DNA from: Octopus bimaculoides
Taxonomy: Eukaryota
NCBI RefSeq assembly: GCF_001194135.2
Contig: NC_068991.1
Location: 74,592,747-74,637,178 of the forward strand
Direction of reading: 5' to 3'
DNA length: 44,432 nt
The notes beneath the pieces are model-generated. The model saw only the letters and a program-made list of their open reading frames with translations, did not search any database and was not told the origin of the DNA. Shown one piece after another: positions 35,608-44,432 of the stretch. Position 1 is the first letter of the stretch. Each line of letters starts with the position of its first letter. A program made the translations under genes and the position numbers.

Positions 35608-37288
35608 ACACACAGGAGTAAGACACACAGACATGATAAAAGTAAATAGACATCCTTAAAATTATTAAAATTTATTTAAATATGGAATTATACATTCAAA
35701 TTATTTATTAATTATTATAAGGTGAATATTTAATATTTAGTAGAAATGCTCTTTGTATTTTTCAACGCGAGGACCTTATTAGGCATGTTACTGATCAGAT
35801 GACGAATTTCTTGATTTTAAAGAAATTTGAGGGGAGAATTCATTCGAGGATTTTCCCCAGTTTTTTAACCACAGCCTTCGAAATGATAGGGTTGGTGGGG
35901 GTATCTTTGTATGAAAACATTTTGAAAACTTTTTTTTTACAACACCCCTCCATCATCATTCTACTTTGGACCTGTTTTGGCCAATTTTTTTTCTTTTGCA
36001 CTTTAAAACCATGGGAAGAGCATTTTCGGTAAAAAAAAAAAATAAATAAAAAAGAAAATTATTAATATTTTCAGAGGGGAAAGTGAGTTATTTAAGGACG
36101 ATTTGGCTGTTGTTTCTGGCACATCCAAAGATAACCCTCCTCGTTTCTTTATCACTCATGCATGTATTGATGTTTTTCAATATTTTCCCTGATAAATGCA
36201 TTTATGTGCTATAAAAAAGAAAATTTGAGAAATTATGAAATTTTTACAACCCCACGCATTGTCCCCGATTATTTCTATTTAGAAATTAAAATATTGGAGA
36301 GCCTGAGAAGGTCATTGCTGGTATTTATCCACAGTGATTTTCAAAAAATTAGGGGGAATGTATTTGCATAGCAAGTGACTTGATCTGAGATCGTGTGCTG
36401 AAACAAAAACAATTGCAGCGTGGAAAATGTTTGTAAGCCTTTCAAGAACACACAAAAACCTTTTGTTTCCCTTCAACATTTAAATCTCATTTGTGTCAAA
36501 ATATTTACGTCGCTTTGAAACCGCAACCTGTTCACTGACAAAACTTCACAAAAGTGATGCAGCACGAAGTTTTGACTGTGAACAGGTCGTGGTTTCAAGC
36601 CGACGGTGAGGCTAAAAGTTTAGATTACGATTTATTTTGTTGTTTTTCTTCCACCAATGGACCACGCGTGCGTTACTTCGGCATCATCATTCCATAAAAT
36701 GTGCTTAATGGGAGAAAAATATTAAAAAAACATCAATACATGTGGGAGTGACATCACTACATGTTGGAGTAAAAAGGGAAAATGGCCAAAATCGGCCCGG
36801 ATAATTATTGTTTTAAGGCTTATAGCGTTCCAAACTGCCATAACAACAAAATCACTTTTAAATTTTTTTTTAAATTATACAGGTATTTAAAAAAAATTTT
36901 CCTTCAATAAATAATGTTTCTACATTACATATATATTATTATAATAAACTGTCGGTTTTTCCAAATAGCGAATTAAAACTTGAAATGAAAACATTAAAAG
37001 GGAAAGTGGTACTTTGCAAATAAAAATGGGGTACTCCATAGTGAATGAAATGAATATTTAATTCTGTGAAGAATTGGACGCAATGAATGCAATGAATATT
37101 TAAATATGCAAGAAATTGGAGTTTTAAAAAATCCAATAAACTTGAGAAATCAAAATTGTAGGAAATTTCTTAGAACATGAATTTATAAAAATATTTCCAG
37201 ACGGTCAACCATTTAATAATTGCTGTCTTTTAGTACTTTTAGTAATTGTTACATACTTAATTAATAAGCAGTTTCTCCATTATAGTAG

Positions 37289-37327
<39 letters not shown>

Positions 37328-38072
37328 TCCAAAATGTAAGTAGTTTTCGTAAACTNNNNNNNNNNNNNNNNNNNNNNNNNNNNNNNNNNNNNNNNNNNNN
37401 NNNNNNNNNNNNNNNNNNNNNNNNNNNNNNNNNNNNNNNNNNNNNNNNNNNNNNNNNNNNNNNNNNNNNNNNNNNNNNNNNNNNNNNNNNNNNNNNNNNN
37501 NNNNNNNNNNNNNNNNNNNNNNNNNNNNNNNNNNNNNNNNNNNNNNNNNNNNNNNNNNNNNNNNNNNNNNNNNNNNNNNNNNNNNNNNNNNNNNNNNNNN
37601 NNNNNNNNNNNNNNNNNNNNNNNNNNNNNNNNNNNNNNNNNNNNNNNNNNNNNNNNNNNNNNNNNNNNNNNNNNNNNNNNNNTTGCGTATACAAATTTAA
37701 TCTGCGATCCATGGGACGAGCCGTTTTAGCGATGCGTCCTGCCCAAGCTCGTCGAAACGCCGGTGTTAAAACGTGGGTGGCTGATGAAGGAGAATGTTCT
37801 CTGTGTGGCTCGTGTGTTCTCGTCTACGTTTGTTTGCAATGTCCTGTACCCAGATATGCACCTATACATACAGGTGGATGTCGGTATGCACATACCTGTA
37901 CGTATATATGCATACACTCATTTACTATTTGTTTTTATATATATATATATATATATATATCACTGTATCGTTGTTATATATCGCTGGTCACATCGCCCTT
38001 CCTTGCATTGTTGTAGCTTTCGAATGCTGCTACCCCGCTTGCTAAGCGAACAAGCCAACACGCACACGCACA

Positions 38073-38147
<75 letters not shown>

Positions 38148-38203
38148 TACATACACATGCACACACATATGTATGCTTATATATATATATATATATTTAT
38201 ATA

Positions 38204-39402
38204 CAGAGTGTGTAAGGTATTTGAGGACATACCTTTTTGGGGTCATTGCTGCATTTTTTTTGCTAATTCCTTGTTTCAGAAAATAATAATGGCAGCCCCT
38301 CAGCTTACTCAAGAAATGAAGAGGCATGATGTTATTGTGTTTATAAAGGCTGAGCATAGATATTTAGAAATATCTCGATTTTAAAAGTTGCCAGATCTTT
38401 AGTCTACAAAGCTTGTAAGGAACTAGAGACTGAAGATGGAAACGTGTCACCAGCATCAAAGCATAAAAACATTCTAAACACTCTGAAATCATCAGAACAC
38501 CTGAATTTATCCAGCAAGTTCAACAGACCATTGATTACAATCCCAGAAAGTCCATGAGGTCACTTGCAAAAAATCTCCATGTGTCAGAAGGAATTCAGAA
38601 ATATTGTCCACGAAGACATCTTATATGATGAGGAAAGGTCAATTTTGTCAGAAAAAGCAAAAGAAAATCACTACATCAGATCTAAAAGACTCTTAAACAA
38701 ACTGAAAAATCCAGTAGAAAATTTGATTTGGTTTTTCTCAAACGAGAAAAACTTCGACCAAAATCAATATATTAACAAAAGAAATTCAGAGGGTTATGTG
38801 CAGATCCTTCTGAGGTTCCAAGTGTTATGCATACAAAATTTCCTGAAACTGTCATGGTTTTAGGGATTGTCAGCAATGAAGGATATGTGATGATTCCTTA
38901 CTTCTTTCCACAAGGTCTTAGAGTTAACTCTGCTGTCTACATTGAGGTCCTGGAAATAATTGTCAAGCCCTGGATAGACAGTGTATGCAATGGAAGGCCA
39001 TATGTGTTTCAGTAAGACTCTACACTATCACACATGACTCTAGTGACACAGGAATGGATGGCTGAAAATTTTCATGATCACATATTCCCTAGCATTTGGC
39101 CTCCTAATTCCCCAAATCTCAATCCATTGGACTATTACATGTGGAGCGTTGTAGAGAGAGAGAGATCAATGAACACGCACATTACACTAAAGATTCGTTG
39201 AAAGCTGCCATAGTCAAAGTAATGTCCAAAATGAACCAGGACCACTTGATTCGAGCATGGAGATGATCTAGGTCTCATATAGAAGCATTTGTTGAAACTG
39301 AAGGTGGCTTTATTGAATAACATTATAGAAAAGAAGGTTTATTTTTATCCTCATAGCATTTTTTAATAAATAAAGTTATCATCTGTTATTATATATCTGT
39401 TT
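38204..39402 (+). mobile_element. Tc1/mariner DD37D (maT) transposon, transposase pseudogene (ATG 38289 to TAA 39320); right TIR probably in gap
   Basis: TA|CAGAGTGTG start, FFSNEKNF (first D changed to N), VMVLG, YVFQ*DS...WPPNSPNLNPLDY with 37 residues between the last two Asp. Stops and frameshifts present. Confidence 0.9.
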
Positions 39403-40529
39403 NNNNNNNNNNNNNNNNNNNNNNNNNNNNNNNNNNNNNNNNNNNNNNNNNNNNNNNNNNNNNNNNNNNNNNNNNNNNNNNNNNNNNNNNNNNNNNNNNN
39501 NNNNNNNNNNNNNNNNNNNNNNNNNNNNNNNNNNNNNNNNNNNNNNNNNNNNNNNNNNNNNNNNNNNNNNNNNNNNNNNNNNNNNNNNNNNNNNNNNNNN
39601 NNNNNNNNNNNNNNNNNNNNNNNNNNNNNNNNNNNNNNNNNNNNNNNNNNNNNNNNNNNNNNNNNNNNNNNNNNNNNNNNNNNNNNNNNNNNNNNNNNNN
39701 NNNNNNNNNNNNNNNNNNNNNNNNNNNNNNNNNNNNNNNNNNNNNNNNNNNNNNNNNNNNNNCGAAATTCACTCGCAATGCATTGGTTTGCTCGGAGCTA
39801 TTGTTAGAAGAACACTTGTCTTAGATGCTTCGCGGTGAAAGCATTTGTCTGCAAAGCGAGCTTCTGAAATGTAATAAACTTACCTGCTAATGAAAACAAT
39901 TGACATCCAGAAACCCACTTTCTCTTTAGATTCTTTAGCATTGGCTAAAATTATAGGATCAAGTTACCTCCATAAAAAACAACTCAGTATTTAATTAAAA
40001 TTTTTACACTTCGGTTTAAGCAGTTTTTTCTGTTGTGCTATTGTGTCCGATAAGAACAAGCAGTAAAATCTGAAAAGATTTTGTTCTCAGTATGCAATGC
40101 TGTATAAAGTCGACGAGCAGACGTTATATATATTCAGACATTAACGCATTTAAGACTGGTTCTATTTTTTAAATACTATCTACTTAATTTATCAACAAGT
40201 TTTGATTCTGTACTTCTTTGCATTTTTTTCCTTCTCGCTTATCGAAATGGGGGTCCGTTGCAACAAATAAATAAATCAGATATAGCACGTTTCACTTGTT
40301 ATCTGCACAGCGGTCACTATAATAGTGGCAACGGATGTAAATATATATATTAGTGTATGTATCCGTGTGTGTGCGTATGTGTGCGAATACATTTATGTAT
40401 GTATGCATGTATGTATATATGTATTCTATCAATTATCCGTTATATGCAATAAAACAGGCTTAAAATTAAAAATCTGTCTTTGTATTAATGTGAACATATA
40501 TCGTTGACGGGAAATATACTACGTTACTC

Positions 40530-41085
40530 GTCCAGAGATAACATCTCTTATGGACATACTATGTCTCGAAACAATATATATAAACGTCCTAATAGTGGAT
40601 AGCGAGAACGCCTGATGCATTTCGGCCACATTGGGCCTTATCATCAGCGTATACTCACTCAGTTATGTGCTTAGACGGAAGCTGTTGCCTTCGATTTTTA
40701 GGAAACAGTGAAGAAACGTTCACTGGTATTGCGAATACACGCCCAGCGGAAAAAGAATCCGGTGTACACAGTGAAGCAATATTAAATTAAAATAACTATC
40801 TATATATACTTGATGTAAATATATCATCGAAAGGCAATTTACTGCGTTATTGATTCAGATTTAATATCTCCTATGGACGCACTGGGTTAAAAAATACAAT
40901 ATAAAGGGAAGGGAGACGAAAATCGCCCCTGTAGCTGCGAATTGGAAAACTAGATGCATTTTCGGCCTCGTTGGGTCTTATTATTGGCATGTACTCACGA
41001 CCAGTCACACGCTTAGACGAGATGCCCAATGAAGTCGAAATGCATCTAGCATTCTCGCAAGCTGTTGCTGAGACGATTTTCGTCT
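40530..41085. repeat. Two diverged copies of a ~180-bp repeat (40530-40710; 40855-41085) carrying hammerhead-like motifs
   Basis: Shared ATCTC.TATGGAC, GATGCATTTCGGCC...TTGGG.CTTA, GCTTAGACG and GCTGTTGC segments. Confidence 0.65.
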
Positions 41086-42940
41086 CCCTCCGATGTCTCC
41101 TATATTTTTAAACACAGAACGTTCATAAAAGATGTTATCTCCTGATAAGTATTGCTGTGAATTATCTTTCAACGAGCAGAGGTTAGCAAACCGGAGTAAA
41201 TCAACCCAAGTGAAGTAAAAATGCAATTGTTGTGGGTAATGAGAACTCATTAAACATAAGTAAAATTATATAAAAATCGTGCTCCTTGCTCCGGCAGACA
41301 TTTTATTCTGGCAGCATTGCATCTGCCTAATGTAATGGACGTGTTTAGGGGACATGTTTTAGATGTAAAACTCTTGCAAAGGCTTTCAAAATTGCACATG
41401 AAGAGGCAGTCAAAGAGTTACTGCCTTTTGCAACTATATCTTGACCCCACTATTTTCCTCTGTTACTCTCTAAATTATAGCAGGTTTAATAAAATATGCA
41501 TTTTTTTCTAAACTCATTCTGCCACAAATATAACATAAGGTAACAAGGTAATTATTTTGGTTTCTGGTATTGATATAAATTTGTTTAAAATGGTTTATCC
41601 TTCATGTTGGTAATCTATATGATCATCTACGTCTGAGGAGAGTGGTTTCTTTCAAATTGATGCAATGTTTTCATTGGCCGATTAAATGGAGCCGCTCGAA
41701 ACGGCCGTAATGTATTGAAACGTAGACATCCTTGTTACTTATTTACATTCTGTTCACCTAACTTGGAGCTGTGTGGACTACACTGAACTGGCTTTTGTCT
41801 CAATTTAAGCACCTAATTCAACTGAATCTTAATGTTATATATATATATATATATATAATTCACAGAAGAAATCCAGATATTCTCTGTATAGCAACTAACC
41901 ACCTCAGCAAATACCACCCACCTTATTAGATTAATCTTTGTCATTGTTCATTTTGTAAATTACTGTAACCCCCTACATCCCACCTCCCTTATAGCCTCCC
42001 CGCCCTCACAAGTGTCCGTCTTTCATTTCTCCTTCTCAACCAAAAGCACTCAATACTACCCCCCCTCATTTGTATTCTCACCTGTCAACCCATTCACCCT
42101 CTTACTTCGCTCTTTTCAATTTCAAACACCTCTACGTATCGTAGTACTCCTTCTCCAATACCAGCCCGCATTCATTATCCGACTAACCACTGCTATGTTG
42201 ACCACCAACTCACCCCCCTCTATCTTCTCTCATACCTTTCTAGACACCTTACTAATCTCCCACAGCTACCGAACTAGACACTTTACTTACCATTCCTTTT
42301 CTCAGTCTCAACCAATAACTCTATAGCTTTCGTCCATAAACTTTAACAAACCCGAGACAACAAACTACCACTCAAGTACTATCTACCCCACCTTCCTACT
42401 CTCCACCTCTACTACCATTCCTTTACTGTCCTCATTATTAACCCCTCACTCTTCTTGAACTATCTTTTTCTCCTCTCACCATTCCCTGTCTGAATACCCC
42501 CCTCTAATAAACCCTAGCACTTCACGTTTAATGATTCCATCTTTGATCTTTTCTTCATTAAGATCTGAAATGTAAGATCTTTTCAATTCTGACGACGAAG
42601 GCACGTTTCATCAAATGTTAAATGCACCCATACGGTCGCGTATTGTGATATACTAAATCTACCAACAACATTATGGATCGCCGAGCCTCCAGAAACAGTT
42701 TATGGACTTATAACACCTTTCTTCCACCCCTTTAATTTTCTCTGTCGTTTGTACTCTGTGTAAGTTACACCTATTAATATAGATATCTGCATATTTATAC
42801 TTAAATATTCATCAGCTGAAAGTCTCCACCTTTTGCTTTCTCTCGTTTATAATGTATACATTCTGTATATACATATTTCGTCTTGGTGTATTTAATATAT
42901 TTAATATAATTGTTCAGCCACATAATTACTACATACATAC

Positions 42941-42978
<38 letters not shown>

Positions 42979-43057
42979 CTATCTATCCATCTGTAGCTAT
43001 CTATCTATCTATTTATCTATCTATCTGTCTGTTTCTCTTTCTCTCTTTATATATATA

Positions 43058-43099
<42 letters not shown>

Positions 43100-43591
43100 N
43101 NNNNNNNNNNNNNNNNNNNNNNNNNNNNNNNNNNNNNNNNNNNNNNNNNNNNNNNNNNNNNNNNNNNNNNNNNNNNNNNNNNNNNNNNNNNNNNNNNNNN
43201 NNNNNNNNNNNNNNNNNNNNNNNNNNNNNNNNNNNNNNNNNNNNNNNNNNNNNNNNNNNNNNNNNNNNNNNNNNNNNNNNNNNNNNNNNNNNNNNNNNNN
43301 NNNNNNNNNNNNNNNNNNNNNNNNNNNNNNNNNNNNNNNNNNNNNNNNNNNNNNNNNNNNATATATATATATATATATATATATAAATACTCGTATATAT
43401 TGTAGAGTATATGTCACGTGTATGCTTAGCCATATATAATGTATATGTATAAATATATGTGTATCTGCGTGTATATATTTTCGTATGCGTATGTATGCGT
43501 ATGCATGTATATTCATATGTGTGTGTGTGTATAAACCTATATATTGTGATATAGAATATGTCATGTGTATGTCTATGCATATATGTATGTG

Positions 43592-43640
<49 letters not shown>

Positions 43641-43727
43641 AAGAGAGTGAATGTCTGTGTATAGTATACTGTTCCATGATGGTAACATCAACAAAATGTA
43701 TTCCATCTGAAGATATATATATATTAC

Positions 43728-43735
<8 letters not shown>

Positions 43736-43811
<76 letters not shown>

Positions 43812-43852
43812 TAATAACAATAATAATAATGATGATGATGATAATAATAATA
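43736..43852 (+). repeat. (AAT)n microsatellite; similar tracts at 10978-11037 and 12408-12513
   Basis: Read directly. Confidence 0.95.
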
Positions 43853-43980
43853 TTAAGGATAACAATCCAAATTTACAGGTAAAAACTCAATTAAATTCAA
43901 TTTATCAAAAATTAAAATTAAACTAAGTTTCACAGTATAAAATACATAAATATATAATTTTAGAGAAACGAACAAAAGTG

Positions 43981-44201
43981 CATGAATTCATCCATGAAAA
44001 TCCACAGTCACATATAGAAAATTTAATAAGTAAATACACTAAAAAGAACTATAATAAAATACAAAGTAATAATCATTAAAATAATAATCATTAAAATAAT
44101 TTTAATGATTATTACTTTGTATTTTATTATAGTTCTTTTTAGTGTATTTACTTATTAAATTTTTCTATATGTGACTGTGGATTTTCATGGACGAGTTCAT
44201 G
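43981..44201. repeat. Near-perfect long inverted repeat, ~102-bp arms
   Basis: 43981-44082 versus the reverse complement of 44099-44201 shows 2 mismatches and 1 indel. Confidence 0.93.
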
Positions 44202-44277
44202 AACTTTGGTCCTTTTCTCTATTTTGTATGTATGTATATGTGTAAGTATAGATATGTATATATATACGTGTATACTC

Positions 44278-44432
44278 TTTTACTCTTTTACTTGTTTCAG
44301 TCATTTGACTGTGGCCATGCTGGAGCACCGCCTTTTTAGTCGAGCAAATCGAGCCCAGGACTTATTCTTTGTAAGCCTAGTACTTATTCTATCGGTCTCT
44401 TTTGCTGAACCGCTAAGTTACGGGGACGTAAG
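44278..44432 (-). mobile_element. SINE-like dispersed repeat, truncated by window end
   Basis: Homologous to 33535-33750. Confidence 0.75.

Noticed and set aside
42012-42326. 104-aa hydrophobic-looking ORF
   Set aside because: It lies in a C/T-skewed low-complexity tract (~41950-42520), with no splice structure or recognisable motif.
17945-44432. Tandem SLC22 paralog upstream
   Set aside because: Visual scanning found no further SLC22-like exons. Gaps could hide some, so this is not excluded.

Overview
AT-rich, microsatellite-dense eukaryotic scaffold with many N-gaps. The repeat landscape looks like a coleoid cephalopod, probably Octopus (inference from repeat style, not verified). The only host gene I can support is a multi-exon SLC22-family (MFS organic ion transporter) gene on the minus strand. 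It runs from an ATG at 17944 to exons reaching position 419, and its last exon(s) lie beyond the window start. Eight exon segments are visible, plus the 5' edge of one that enters a gap. All directly adjacent visible exons join in phase, and missing parts map to N-gaps. The rest is decayed mobile DNA: R4/Dong-type RLE non-LTR fragments, two RTE-clade LINE fragments (one nested in a Dong copy with a TSD), Penelope-like RT fragments, a 3'-truncated Gypsy LTR element with LTR and PBS, a DD37D (maT) Tc1/mariner, a probable hAT MITE and many tRNA-derived SINEs. There is no CRISPR array, rRNA or true tRNA. I found no convincing wholly new system. The best leads are the unusual charge pattern in the transporter's TM10/TM11, minimal hammerhead-like motifs, a Gypsy-protease/coiled-coil fusion ORF and long inverted repeats.
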